Part shown: positions 37,561 through 48,038 of the stretch, piece by piece | How the letters are laid out: each line of letters begins with the position of its first letter | Numbering within the stretch: the stretch's first letter is position 1 | NCBI GenBank assembly: GCA_046154185.1 | Contig: JBJXGE010000003.1 | Span: 21,144 to 85,143, forward strand | DNA length: 64,000 bases | Reading direction: 5' to 3' | DNA from: Planctomycetota bacterium | Lineage (GTDB): Bacteria; Planctomycetota; UBA8108; UBA1146; JAJFFE01 | Translations under genes and position numbers: made by a program | The notes under the pieces: model-generated | Database searches by the model: none | Told to the model about the DNA's origin: nothing | The model's input: only the letters and a program-made list of their open reading frames with translations

Positions 37561-39999
37561 ATGCGCGTTCGCGTGCGAGGTCGCGGCTTTCGAGCGTGGA
37601 TCGCCCTCTTCGCCTTTTCGGCGACGCTTGCCGGTGCATGCGTTTTGACGCCCGCCGCAGCGCAAGCGCCGATTCGCTACGACGGGCACGCGGTGGTGCG
37701 GGTCGCGATCGCGAACGAAGCGGAACTCGCACAACTGCTCGCGCTCAATCTCGACATTTGGACCGATGCGATTGGCATTGGCCCGCTCGACGTGCGCGTC
37801 GCTCCGGACGAATGGCCGAGCCTTTGGACGAGCGGGCTTCCTTTCGAGCCGCGTATCGTCGATGTGCAAGCGCTCATCGATGCCGCGACGGCGAGCAGCG
37901 CCGCCGCCGGCGCGCCGATTGGCGGCGGTCCCTTCGGTGGCGCACCGCTTGGCGGCGTCTCGTGGTTCGCGGACTACAAGACCTACGACGAGGTGCTCGC
38001 GCAGCTCGTCGAACTCGCGGCGGCGCGACCGGATCTCGTGACGCTCATCGATGTCGGGGTGAGCGTCGAGGGCCGGTTGATTCGCGCGGTGCGCGTGACC
38101 GGCACGGCCGGCTCAAACAAACCCGGCTTCTATATCGAAGGTTGTCAGCACGCGCGCGAGTGGGTCGCGGTGATGGCGCCGGTCTATGCCGCCTGGGCGC
38201 TCGTCGAGTTCTACGACCTCGACCCCGAAATCCACGCGTTGATGGACAGCGTCGAGTTTTTTATCGTGCCGATCGTGAATCCGGACGGCTACGTTTATTC
38301 GCACGCAGTCGATCGACTGTGGCGAAAGAACCGGCGGGTTAACGGCGACGGAACAATCGGCGTCGACTTGAACCGCAACTGGTCCTACGAGTGGGGTGGC
38401 CCAGGGTCGAGCCCCGCGACTTCGAGTCCGGTCTATCACGGCACCGGACCGTTTTCGGAGCCGGAGTCGAGCGCGGCGCGCGACTTCGTTCTGGCGCGAC
38501 CGCAAATCGCTGCGTTCCTCGATGTGCACAGCTACTCGCAGTTATTGTTGCAACCGTTCGGATACACGGTCGCGCTGCCGCCCGATCAAGATTTTTATCA
38601 CCCGCTTGGCGCGGAGATCACGGCGGCGATCGGCAGCGTCCACGGCGCGACCTACTTGCATGGGCCGGGCGGCCTCATTCTGTACGTCGCGAGCGGCACG
38701 GCGCAGGACTGGGGTTACGGCGTCGCCAGCGCGGTCGCGATGACGATCGAATTGCGCGACACCGGCCAATTCGGATTTCTGCTGCCGGCCGATCAGATCT
38801 TGCCGACGTGCGAGGAAGTGTTCGCGGGCTTGCGCGTGTTGGGGGACACCATCTCTCGCCCGTTCGCCTTCAATTTTCCACAGGGTCTGCCGGCGCGCGC
38901 GGCGCCTGGGGCCACGACGATGTTCCCGGTCGACGTGCACGCGATCGGCGGCGCCACGCTTGCGGCTGGGTCGCCGCGCATCCATACGCGCAGCACCGGC
39001 GGCGGCGCGTTCGTCGAATCGCCGCTCGAGTTCACGGGCGGTACGTTGTACACGGCGACGCTGCCGGCCGCGCCGTGTGGAAGTTCGATCGAGTTTTACT
39101 TCACGGCGGCGAGCGCGACGGGCGGCAGCGCAAGCGGTCCGATCGATGCGCCCGGCGAGGTGTATGCGACGCCGGTCGAGCTCGAGCTTGTTGCCTTCAG
39201 CGATGACGGCGAGTCCGAGCTTGGCTACGTCGTGTCGGGCGACGCGATCGCGGGAGTGTGGAATCGCGGCGTGCCGGCTGGCGGCGGCGATCGCGGCGAT
39301 CCGCCGTTCGACGCCGATGGCAGTGGGCAGTGTTATCTCACCGACTTAGCGGATGGCGACACCGACGTGGACGGCGGCAGCACGATTCTCACGTCGCCGC
39401 TTTTCGACGCGACGGGCGGCAACGCGACGCTCAGCTATTACCGGTGGTACTCGAATGTCGCCGGCGGCACGCCGGAGCAAGACGTGTTCGTCGTGGAAAT
39501 CTCGAATGACGGCGGGGGAAGTTGGGTCGTGCTCGAGGTCGTCGGACCCGCCGGGGCCGAGGTCCAAGGCGGTTGGATTGCGCGCAGCTTCGCAATCGCA
39601 GACACGCTAGCGCCCACCGCGGCGATGCGCGTGCGATTCACCGCGTCAGACGTGGCGCCCGGTTCGGTCGTGGAGGCTGGGGTCGACGGAATCGTAGTTG
39701 GTGTTTACGGCTGCCTCGCTGTGCCTCCGAGTTTCATACGCGGAGACGCGAACGCCGACTCGCATTTCAACATCGCCGACGCCGTGTTCACGCTCGTGTA
39801 TGTGTTCGGGGGCAACGCGAGTTCGTGCCAGCTCGCGCTCGATGCAAACGATGACGAAGCCGTAAACATCGCCGATCCAATCTTCTTGCTCACCCAACTC
39901 TTCGCGGGCGGCGCACCGCCGCCCGGCCCGTACCCGGGCTGCGGCATTGACCCGACGCCCGGATCGCTCACCTGTGATGCGTACGCGCCGTGCCCGTGA
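37561..39999 (+). CDS. Secreted zinc carboxypeptidase (peptidase M14) with C-terminal dockerin-like Cys-tail module
   Basis: M14 signatures: HAREW (Zn His/Glu), NPDGY, DLNRNW, HSYSQ. Signal peptide MRVRVRGRGFRAWIALFAFSATLAGACVLTPAAAQA. C-terminal FIRGDANADSHFNIADAVFTLVYVF...DANDDEAVNIADPIFLLTQLFAGGAPPPGPYPGCGIDPTPGSLTCDAYAPCP, ending in a stop codon. Confidence 0.85.
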   Translation: MRVRVRGRGFRAWIALFAFSATLAGACVLTPAAAQAPIRYDGHAVVRVAIANEAELAQLLALNLDIWTDAIGIGPLDVRVAPDEWPSLWTSGLPFEPRIVDVQALIDAATASSAAAGAPIGGGPFGGAPLGGVSWFADYKTYDEVLAQLVELAAARPDLVTLIDVGVSVEGRLIRAVRVTGTAGSNKPGFYIEGCQHAREWVAVMAPVYAAWALVEFYDLDPEIHALMDSVEFFIVPIVNPDGYVYSHAVDRLWRKNRRVNGDGTIGVDLNRNWSYEWGGPGSSPATSSPVYHGTGPFSEPESSAARDFVLARPQIAAFLDVHSYSQLLLQPFGYTVALPPDQDFYHPLGAEITAAIGSVHGATYLHGPGGLILYVASGTAQDWGYGVASAVAMTIELRDTGQFGFLLPADQILPTCEEVFAGLRVLGDTISRPFAFNFPQGLPARAAPGATTMFPVDVHAIGGATLAAGSPRIHTRSTGGGAFVESPLEFTGGTLYTATLPAAPCGSSIEFYFTAASATGGSASGPIDAPGEVYATPVELELVAFSDDGESELGYVVSGDAIAGVWNRGVPAGGGDRGDPPFDADGSGQCYLTDLADGDTDVDGGSTILTSPLFDATGGNATLSYYRWYSNVAGGTPEQDVFVVEISNDGGGSWVVLEVVGPAGAEVQGGWIARSFAIADTLAPTAAMRVRFTASDVAPGSVVEAGVDGIVVGVYGCLAVPPSFIRGDANADSHFNIADAVFTLVYVFGGNASSCQLALDANDDEAVNIADPIFLLTQLFAGGAPPPGPYPGCGIDPTPGSLTCDAYAPCP

Positions 40000-40218
40000 C
40001 CCGAGTCGCGAAGCCAACTCCGCGAGATCGGCCGACGGAGCATCTTCCGGCGACACAACGCCCTGCTGTCCTCAGGACATTCCGCGCTTTTTGCGCGAGT
40101 TCTCGCCACTTGTGGGCCGCGAACGACGCTCGTCGCCGGATCGGCAGTTCGGGCGGTGCAACTCAGGTTTGTGAGGCGAGGGCTGAGCGACGATGGTGAG
40201 CACGCTCGGCCGCGCCGG

Positions 40219-41892
40219 TCACGGGCATACCGAGCTTGTGCAGGCGAGCGTATCCGGTGTCGGATCGGCGCCGCAGTCCGTGGGTGGTGGCAGCGGCCCC
40301 CGCAGGGCGAATAAGGCCGTGAGTTGCGCGATAGCGTCGGAGATGTCGAGCGCGCCGTCATCGTTGCCATCGCAGCTATCTGAACAATCGAGTAGCGGCA
40401 ACGCGCCGAACAGGTACGCGAGCAGCGTGATCGGATCCGCGATGTTGATGCCGTCATCGCCATTACAGTCGCCGCGCTGGAATGGGAGCGACGACTCGCA
40501 CTCATCGGGAATGCCATTCAGATTGATGTCGGGGCTCGCGCCACTGAGGATGTCCTGGGCGTCGCCCGTGCCATTCTGATTGCAATCGGTGTCGCCGATC
40601 CGCAAGTAGTAGACATCTTGCTCGCCATTGAAGGTCGCCGCGTAGGCGACGTCGACGCCGACGAGGTCCGAGACCATATCGTAGTAGTCGCCGAGCTTCT
40701 GCTGCTGCGGCCAACCGAGATGCGGATCGAAGGCGATGCTCAGCGCTTGATTCGGCGACCAGCTCAGCCCGGCATCGAGCGACGAGCTATAGTAAAGCTG
40801 CGACCAGAACCCGCCCGGATTGGCGCGCGTGTCGTTCCAAATAACATCGAGTCGACCGTTGGGCGCCACCGCGAGCGTGCCGAACCACTGCCAATCGTTG
40901 CTCCCGAGCGGATCATCGTTTATGCGCACCGGTGGCTCGAAGGAGACGCCGCCATTGGTGCTGCGCACCAGATGCACGTCGAGCGGGTCGCTGCCAGGCG
41001 GATTGACCGAGCAGAGCACGTACACATAGCCACGCGTCGGGCCGGAGCTGTGGTCGACATCAATCCAAACCTGCCCGAGCAGTCCTCCGGGGTTGGGCCC
41101 GCCACCGTATACGAGCGCGCCGCCAAGATCGACCACCGTCGCGAAGTCGAAGGCGAGCGCCGCTCCGGGATCTGCGATGGTCGTCGACTTCGCCACCACG
41201 AACTCGTCGTACACCGGCGAACGTCGCCCGGCGATGTAGACTTCGCCATCCGGGCCAACGGCGACGACACCCCACACCGGCTGCTCAGGGATCGGCACCG
41301 GAGGCTCAAATGTCGCGCCGCCGTCGGTCGAGCGATTGAACCAGTTGTCGCCGCAGCAGCCAGCATAGTCCCACGCCGCGTAGATGTTGCCGTGCCCGGG
41401 ACCGCCGGTGCGATCGATGGCGATCCAAGCTTTGTCGCCTCCGTAGGCGTCAACACCTGTGTCCCACGTCGCACCGCCATCGAACGAGCGGAAAAGGTCG
41501 CACGAATAGCCGCCGCCGGCGGTGGTCAGGCTGTGGTAGTAGATGACGCCGTTGGCATCCGCCTCGAGCACAGGATCGGAGCGAAACACGCCCGGCTCGA
41601 TCACGCCGGGAAAAGTCCACGCAAGTCCGCCATCTATCGAGTAACCCCAACCTGCTTGGCGGAAATTGCTGGCGACCGTGTCGAATTGGCGCCAGCCGAT
41701 CGCGACTCGTAGCGGATTGGTCGGATCGACGGCGATCGACGGCTCGTTCGCGGCATCGCCGATCGTATTCATGCCGGCAGCATCGACGTTTACTTGCACG
41801 CTCACGAAACCGCCGAAGATCGATTGCGCATTCAGACGCATCGAGACTGCCAACAATAGCAGAACGAGTAGCGAGATCGGAGTGTTTCGCAT
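40219..41892 (-). CDS. Secreted BNR-repeat (sialidase/glycosidase-like) beta-propeller protein with C-terminal dockerin-like Cys-tail module
   Basis: Signal peptide MRNTPISLLVLLLLAVSMRLNAQS. BNR motifs SIDGGLAW, SFDGGATW, STDGGATF, STNGGVSF, LDAGLSW. C-terminal FQRGDCNGDDGINIADPITLLAYLF...DGNDDGALDISDAIAQLTALF...PLPPPTDCGADPTPDTLACTSSVCP, ending in a stop codon. Confidence 0.8.
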   Translation of the reverse strand: MRNTPISLLVLLLLAVSMRLNAQSIFGGFVSVQVNVDAAGMNTIGDAANEPSIAVDPTNPLRVAIGWRQFDTVASNFRQAGWGYSIDGGLAWTFPGVIEPGVFRSDPVLEADANGVIYYHSLTTAGGGYSCDLFRSFDGGATWDTGVDAYGGDKAWIAIDRTGGPGHGNIYAAWDYAGCCGDNWFNRSTDGGATFEPPVPIPEQPVWGVVAVGPDGEVYIAGRRSPVYDEFVVAKSTTIADPGAALAFDFATVVDLGGALVYGGGPNPGGLLGQVWIDVDHSSGPTRGYVYVLCSVNPPGSDPLDVHLVRSTNGGVSFEPPVRINDDPLGSNDWQWFGTLAVAPNGRLDVIWNDTRANPGGFWSQLYYSSSLDAGLSWSPNQALSIAFDPHLGWPQQQKLGDYYDMVSDLVGVDVAYAATFNGEQDVYYLRIGDTDCNQNGTGDAQDILSGASPDINLNGIPDECESSLPFQRGDCNGDDGINIADPITLLAYLFGALPLLDCSDSCDGNDDGALDISDAIAQLTALFALRGPLPPPTDCGADPTPDTLACTSSVCP

Positions 41893-42397
41893 CGGTTGCC
41901 CGGGGCAAAGCGTCCTGCTAATCGAGGCGATTGTCAAGCAGCAGGCGGCGGCGACGAGGGACACAGGGCCAGCTCGATCATGATTCTCGGTACTTCCAAT
42001 CTGTCGAGGCTCCCTCGCCAAAAAGGGCGCCCGCCTGATCGGGGTCCATATTTTCTCGTCCTGGATCGAGAAGGCGGCAACGCGGGGGTTGCCAGTGAGG
42101 TGCGGAGACACTACCTTTACCTTTAATAAATTGCCGGAGGGCTCGGCGAACACGGGAATAAGTCAGGGATAGCGAGTCAGCCGCTTGAGGTGTCCCGGTG
42201 ACGATTTGATCGCGTGGGATCGGCTTGCCCCAGGCATAGAGAGCAGAAAAACATGCGCCATCCAGTCATTCTTTCCGGCAATCGCTTCACCTGAGTTACG
42301 GGGCCGAACCGTTCGGTCCCGCCTTATTGCTGAGCACTCGAGGGGGAAGAAGGAGTAGAAGAATCCGATAATTCACTGACGAGGAAAGTGGGAAACC

Positions 42398-44716
42398 ATG
42401 CGTGCACTCGTACGGAGATGCTGTGTTGGCTCGGCGGTTGTATTGCTGCACTCGCTTGTGATCGTCATCGCTGTGCTGTCGACCACATTGGCGAGCGGCC
42501 AATACGCAACGACTTTCGACGCGCTCTTGGGAGATGCTGACGGCGAAACTCTGGTAGGTCAGGACTCCTACTATAATCCTGTCCCAGCGACCAGCGTCCC
42601 AGCGCTCGTCTATACCTATGCCGGCAACGTTCTCGGCGTGCCGGTGAACCCCACTGGCGGCGACAAATTCGCGGCTGGTGTCGGACCAGGTGGAAGCGTA
42701 TTCATGCGCACACAGCGCGACCTGGCATTTGGCGCCGGCACCGGCATTTGGTCGATCTCCTACGATGTCTCGGTGTCATTCATTGGTACCTTGCCGACGG
42801 CTCAAAATGCCGGCAGCGTTTCCACGCAAACGTTCCCGGGCGACAAAACTTTTATCGCCCTCAGCACCTGGACTGATATCACTACGGCCGCGGCCTGGAA
42901 CGCAGACTACGTTTGGTTCAACGCGACGGGCACGCAGCTACAGGAAATCGTGCCAGACCCGGCTTTCCAAAACCTCGTCGCGAACCAGTGGTATCGTCGA
43001 ACAACAATATTTAGTCTCGACACTTACCAGATACTCGAGGTCAGAATCACCGATCTCACGACCGCCATCACGACGAGCTACTCGCCGCCGGATCGCTACC
43101 TGTTCGGCGGCACGGCCTTCGCGCCGCCGTGCGATGGTTACCGCATTTTTGCCGGTGCCGCAACTGTCGCGGGCAATGTCGTCGCGTATGACAATGTCGT
43201 GATCGAGCAGATCATTCCGCTCTGCGCACCCATTGCGAGCTTAGTCTGCAGCGTAGACTGCGGTGCCGGCACCGTCGCGTTGAGCTGGCCCGGTGGGGCC
43301 TACACTGCGATCGAGGTTGAACGCGACACCATCTTGATTTCCACGCTCCCCGGAGGCGCCACCGGATTCGTCGACAATCCTGGTGTTTCCGGTAGCTATT
43401 CGTATCTGGTGCGCGGCATCTGTGCAGGCGGACCGGCGCTTTCAGGTCCGGTTTGCAATGCAGAAATCGCGATCGGCGGCGTCCAAGAAAACATCATCTG
43501 GGCGGGCGAGTCGGCCGCTCAAATCGATAGCGTGGCAGCGCTTGATGCGGCGATGACTGCGGCCGGCCTCGCGCACACGGTAGTGGCCGATTTGGGCAAC
43601 CTACCGTGTGGCGCAACGCTCACGCCATCAAACCGCGTGTGGGGCGCCATGGGTAGCTTCCCCAGCAATCACCCGATTTCGGTGGCCGAAGGCATGTTGC
43701 TGCGAGACCACGTTTTGGCGGGTGGCCACGTTTACATGGAGGGTGGCGATATTTGGGGTTTCGATCCGGCCACCGCCTTCAATACGGTCGATGGGATCGC
43801 CTCTCCGGCGGTCGACGGCGGCGATGACTTCACCGCCATGGTCGGATCGAGCTACGATGACGCCCAGTTCGCGGGATTGAATGCTGCATACAACCAGGAC
43901 CAAGCGGGCAACGACTGGACCGATCAGATCGCCGCCACCGCGACTGACATGGCGGGACCGAACGCCGGCGTGGTTTGGAATCGTGACGTGGGCGGCGGAG
44001 TCGCGGGTTACGGCACGGGCGTTTTCCACGCCAGCGACCAGCCTTTTGGTCGGGTGCTCAACCAGTCGTGGGAGTTCGGCGGCTACGGCGGCGACCAAAA
44101 CGCGCTGATACTCGCGTATGACGATGCGCTCCGCCGAGTGGGATCGCCGAGCGACCTTACTTGTTCGCAAGTGGGGACCACGGGTTCGGTGGATCTCGCC
44201 TGGACCAACCCGCAGAACTACGACAGCGTCAACGTCTACGTCGACGGTCCGCTCTACACCACGCTTGGCCCGCAGGCGGCGGGTTCGGCGTCCGCAACAA
44301 TTTCCGGTCTGTCAGTCCCCGGAGCTCACACCATTTGCATCCAAGGTGTGGTCGCGGGCGAATTGTCGCGACAAGTCTGCTGCATGGTCACTTTGGTCGC
44401 CCCGCCGGTCGACCTGATCAAGGTCGCCGACATCAATGGCGACGGCGCCGTCAACGTCGCAGACCCGATTAACATCCTCTCCGAGTTGTTCCCACCCATG
44501 CCTGGCCCGTCAGGCGGGTTCATAACTCTGGCCGGATGCCCAGCGGGCTTCGACTGCAATGGCGACAACATGGTCAACATCGCCGACCCGATTTTCTTGC
44601 TCAGTTGGCTGTTCTCGATGGGGCCGCCGCCGCCGGCCTGGCTCGGCACCGTGCCAGCTTGCAACCCAGCGAGCCCGATCCTCGGCTGCTTGTTCCCGCC
44701 GACTTCCTGCGATTGA
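42398..44716 (+). CDS. Secreted large protein with FN3-like Cys-containing repeats and C-terminal dockerin-like Cys-tail module, hypothetical
   Basis: Signal/TM N-terminus. Two FN3-like segments. C-terminal INGDGAVNVADPINILSELF...DCNGDNMVNIADPIFLLSWLFSMGPPPPAWLGTVPACNPASPILGCLFPPTSCD, ending in a stop codon. This is the most divergent copy of the module. Confidence 0.7.
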   Translation: MRALVRRCCVGSAVVLLHSLVIVIAVLSTTLASGQYATTFDALLGDADGETLVGQDSYYNPVPATSVPALVYTYAGNVLGVPVNPTGGDKFAAGVGPGGSVFMRTQRDLAFGAGTGIWSISYDVSVSFIGTLPTAQNAGSVSTQTFPGDKTFIALSTWTDITTAAAWNADYVWFNATGTQLQEIVPDPAFQNLVANQWYRRTTIFSLDTYQILEVRITDLTTAITTSYSPPDRYLFGGTAFAPPCDGYRIFAGAATVAGNVVAYDNVVIEQIIPLCAPIASLVCSVDCGAGTVALSWPGGAYTAIEVERDTILISTLPGGATGFVDNPGVSGSYSYLVRGICAGGPALSGPVCNAEIAIGGVQENIIWAGESAAQIDSVAALDAAMTAAGLAHTVVADLGNLPCGATLTPSNRVWGAMGSFPSNHPISVAEGMLLRDHVLAGGHVYMEGGDIWGFDPATAFNTVDGIASPAVDGGDDFTAMVGSSYDDAQFAGLNAAYNQDQAGNDWTDQIAATATDMAGPNAGVVWNRDVGGGVAGYGTGVFHASDQPFGRVLNQSWEFGGYGGDQNALILAYDDALRRVGSPSDLTCSQVGTTGSVDLAWTNPQNYDSVNVYVDGPLYTTLGPQAAGSASATISGLSVPGAHTICIQGVVAGELSRQVCCMVTLVAPPVDLIKVADINGDGAVNVADPINILSELFPPMPGPSGGFITLAGCPAGFDCNGDNMVNIADPIFLLSWLFSMGPPPPAWLGTVPACNPASPILGCLFPPTSCD

Positions 44717-44732
44717 TGGGCGTCGACAAGTC

Positions 44733-44766
44733 GGGGCGGCTCCGTGCGGGAGCCGCCCCGTTTGCT
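44733..44766 (+). terminator. Rho-independent terminator: GGGGCGGCTCC-gtgcg-GGAGCCGCCCC followed by GTTTGCTTG
   Basis: Perfect 11-bp stem 17 nt after the stop at 44716, followed by a T-run. Confidence 0.6.
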
Positions 44767-45109
44767 TGACGCTTGCCGTGTTGTCCGTCACGAAGCCTCG
44801 AGTTGTGGTAGGTAGCAGCGCCTGGTTCACACATTCTGGCGATTCAATTGGCCCAGAATCCTGAGGATCGAGTCGGGCGGTGAGAAAATTCGTACCTCTC
44901 CAGAATCGTGAACGGCCATTTAGTTGTGACCACGGCGGAGGGCAAGCGCCCGATGGGGTTGGGAAGTTCGAAAGGGTCTAGGATCGGACCGTGGGGTTGC
45001 TTGATCGGAGAGCTGGAAACGATCATGGCGCACGCGCGCAGGTAGTCAGCCCCTCCGACTCCGTGCACGACGCGATGAAGCTCATGAACGGGGGACACAT
45101 CCAATCGCC

Positions 45110-46249
45110 ATGAAAATGAGAACGACCGGAATCACGATGGCGATCGCCGCCATTTCAGTGGCGGCCTGGGTGGCTGGGGTCGAGTCTTCGAGCCTCCGGC
45201 CGGATGAGAGTCCGCCCGCAAACGAGACTGAGGATTCGAAGAATCGACCCCAGCCACCCGACGGAGGCGAATCGAAGGCTCGACCCCAACCGCCCGCGCG
45301 ACTGCCGGAAGGTCGGCGCGGAATCGCAGTCAAATATCCCGGTGACCGCGCGATCGAAAAGGACCCGCGCGTGATTTTTGTTGAGCGGTTCGATGCGGAT
45401 TCCATCGATGCGATTGCCAAACACTGGGACACGGCGTCGGCGACCGAGATCATGTCGTCGTCGCCGGACGTGCCTGCCGGGAGCGGCGATAACAAATCGT
45501 TGTTGATGTCGTATGTAGGCGGCGAGGGGACGGGCGGGCAATTCTATCGGCGGCTATTGCCGACGGCGAAGGATCCGACGAATCGGGTCACTACCTCGGG
45601 ATACGATCGGGTTTTCGCGCGGTTCTATGTGAAGTTCGATCCCGAGTGCGTACCGATACATCACTTCGGAACGCACCTCGGTGGATTCAATCCGGCGACG
45701 GCGTGGCCCCAAGGTGGCGCGGGCGAGCTGCCAGACGGCACTAAGCGATTTACCACCGGCGTCGAACCGTACGGCAAGGATTGGGAGTGGGATTTCTACT
45801 CGTACTGGCAGGGCATGCACGTGCACGGCGACGGCAATTACTGGGGCACGCCGTTTCTCGCCGGAGCGGCGAAGCCAAAGGTCGAACGCGGTCGTTGGAT
45901 TTGCGTCGAGATGATGGTGAAAGTGAACGATCCCCCGACCGAATCGAATGGTGAGCAAGCATTTTGGATCGACGGCAAACTGTGGCGCACCGGCGGCCAG
46001 ATCGCGAGCCACTTCGGCCCGGGCTTTCCGAACGGCCGCTGGACCGGCGGCTGGTGGAGCCCCGACCCCAAAGCGACCGAATCATTCGAAGGCCTCCGCT
46101 GGCGCGCGACGAAAGACCTCGCGGTGAATTACGTTTGGGCCTATCTCTACATCACGAAGTCCCCGCCCAAACACGTCAGCAAAGTCTGGTTCGATAACAT
46201 CGTCGTGGCGCAGGAATACATCGGGCCGATCGAGCCGATCGCTCGTTGA
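45110..46249 (+). CDS. Secreted hypothetical protein (possible ConA-like glycan-binding/lyase-like fold)
   Basis: Signal peptide MKMRTTGITMAIAAISVAAWVAG. Trp/Tyr/Gly-rich beta-rich sequence. No catalytic signature recognised. Start among ATG 45110, 45116, 45137 is uncertain. Confidence 0.5.
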   Translation: MKMRTTGITMAIAAISVAAWVAGVESSSLRPDESPPANETEDSKNRPQPPDGGESKARPQPPARLPEGRRGIAVKYPGDRAIEKDPRVIFVERFDADSIDAIAKHWDTASATEIMSSSPDVPAGSGDNKSLLMSYVGGEGTGGQFYRRLLPTAKDPTNRVTTSGYDRVFARFYVKFDPECVPIHHFGTHLGGFNPATAWPQGGAGELPDGTKRFTTGVEPYGKDWEWDFYSYWQGMHVHGDGNYWGTPFLAGAAKPKVERGRWICVEMMVKVNDPPTESNGEQAFWIDGKLWRTGGQIASHFGPGFPNGRWTGGWWSPDPKATESFEGLRWRATKDLAVNYVWAYLYITKSPPKHVSKVWFDNIVVAQEYIGPIEPIAR

Positions 46250-46998
46250 ACATGCCGTCGAGCCTTCGCTTTTCCCATATATCCCGATCAGAGCACCATC
46301 ACTTCGCGGTGAGCCGGCGAAGCGCGACCTTGCGCAACCGATAGCGTTCGCTGTCGTGATAGTCGAGTGCGGGTGTGGGTTATTGCCGCAACGTCACCCG
46401 AGAGCGGAACCGTGCCCGGCACACGCACGGGGTAATTCCAATAGGAAGCATCGGCCAGATAGCGCGTGGCGCGACTACGCCCGTTCAACCAGTTCTTGCC
46501 GACCTGCAGGCAGCACAGCTTCATCCAAAGTCCGGCATAGGCTTCCAACACGGCTTGCAGCTAGAAAAAGAATACTCTGTCGGGGTACGAGCCATTTCCG
46601 CGGATGACAAGCGATCAGTGGACACGGCGACTCGCTCTGCGGAAAGGGATGGTCACGATTGAAGGCGTCCGGCAGCAAGTAACAACGCGTGTTCGAGCCG
46701 GCGGCAGAAACCTGAAACGCGTGCAGTCGAGTGGATCGCTATTGATCGCGTGCATGACGTCGCTCCCGACGTCGCGCATTAGGTAATTCGCACACGGAAA
46801 GTAGGCTTCATTTGGACGGAACAGAATCTCTGGGACTCATTTCAGCTTGGCTGTTCACCTCGGAGAGCCGCGCGGATGCATCTTCAAACGTCACGCAAAG
46901 GGGAACAGTGACTCCGGCGTCTGGCTGGAGCTTTGACGCCGGAGACTTCACACGCGACGATCTCACCGATGTTGTCTCTCTCCGCGGAGGTAGGTGAC

Positions 46999-47868
46999 AT
47001 GGCGACCGCCCTGGTTCTCGCCGCGAATTTGCACGCGGCTTTGCAGTATTACCGGGACTTTCCCCAGGAGCCCATCAAGGCGTCGGGCCAGTTCGTGCAA
47101 GTGCGTCGTGCCTTGCCGACGGCCAACGACCAATTGGCAACGCTGTTGCGCGATATCGCCCGGAGCGAGAAGCACGGCGGAGACGTGGTCATCGTCTGCC
47201 ATGGAACCGATCTCGCCCTTCAGGTCAAAGCCGGCCCCGCCGGTCTGGGTGTCGACGTGATGCGCCTGATGATCTACGCAATGGACGGCAGGATCACAGA
47301 TGCGGACCTTGCGAGGCGTCTGGGCTTCGCCAGGCCGACCGAATGGCTCGACCTCAGGAAGCTGATCGAGGCCGTGTGGAAGCTGAACCTGAAGCGAGTT
47401 GACCTGCGCGCCTGTGAGGTGGGCAAGAACAATGCGACGATGTATTTCCTGCAGAGATTGTTCAACTGCAACGTCTGCTGCGCGCCAAAGGGATTTGATG
47501 TTTTCGGGACGATCCAGATGGGCACGCGGACGGTCAACGAGCGGGCGTGGACCGAATGGCAGCGACAGCATCCTTCAGCGTTGATCCTGGGCACCGGTGT
47601 CGATAGGTTCGCCCTGCAGTATCAAATCGGGGTCGCGGTTCAGATCGATGCGATGGCTGCGAGCGATCAGGCAGCGCGGAATTGGGTCGCACGTTATCTG
47701 CCACCAGGGAACTACAGGAACGGTCCGATCCACTACCATGCGTTGACGCCGGACAAGCGCACGCTCATCTTTGCTGGCGAGGCGCGCTATCGCGACATCC
47801 TCGTCGAGTCACATGCGGGCGCAGCCGAACCGAAGCTTGACCTCAACTCACCGCTAATCGCGCATTGA
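46999..47868 (+). CDS. Hypothetical protein with caspase/CHAT-like His (VVIVCHGTD) and Cys (VDLRACEVG) motifs, in a lower-GC islet
   Basis: ATG at 46999 with GGAGG SD 8 nt upstream. The His-Gly and Ala-Cys-Glu motifs are about 60 aa apart, as in the C14/CHAT catalytic dyad. Family assignment is inferential. Confidence 0.45.
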   Translation: MATALVLAANLHAALQYYRDFPQEPIKASGQFVQVRRALPTANDQLATLLRDIARSEKHGGDVVIVCHGTDLALQVKAGPAGLGVDVMRLMIYAMDGRITDADLARRLGFARPTEWLDLRKLIEAVWKLNLKRVDLRACEVGKNNATMYFLQRLFNCNVCCAPKGFDVFGTIQMGTRTVNERAWTEWQRQHPSALILGTGVDRFALQYQIGVAVQIDAMAASDQAARNWVARYLPPGNYRNGPIHYHALTPDKRTLIFAGEARYRDILVESHAGAAEPKLDLNSPLIAH

Positions 47869-48038
47869 CCGCGCTGTCCTACGTGCGATTAGGGATACAA
47901 GGGTCAGGGTTGTCGGGAGTGGCGATTAGAACGCGTAGAGTCGGGCATCGAGCGCGGTTTGGCATCGCGTACGAGTCAGACGTGGTCAAGAGGCCCGCGC
48001 TTCACCGCCCCGCGCAACGTGATGGATAAGCGACGTGT

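Noticed and set aside
44417-44716. Treating the 42398-44716 C-terminus as a different domain
   Set aside because: Despite divergence it keeps both DxNxDxxNxAD loops, the LF helices, the PPPP linker and terminal Cys residues, so it was kept in the family.
46288-46786. Short ORFs 46288-46551, 46475-46678, 46604-46786 as genes
   Set aside because: They overlap one another, lack an SD and have no family resemblance. They are treated as a decayed region of the lower-GC islet.
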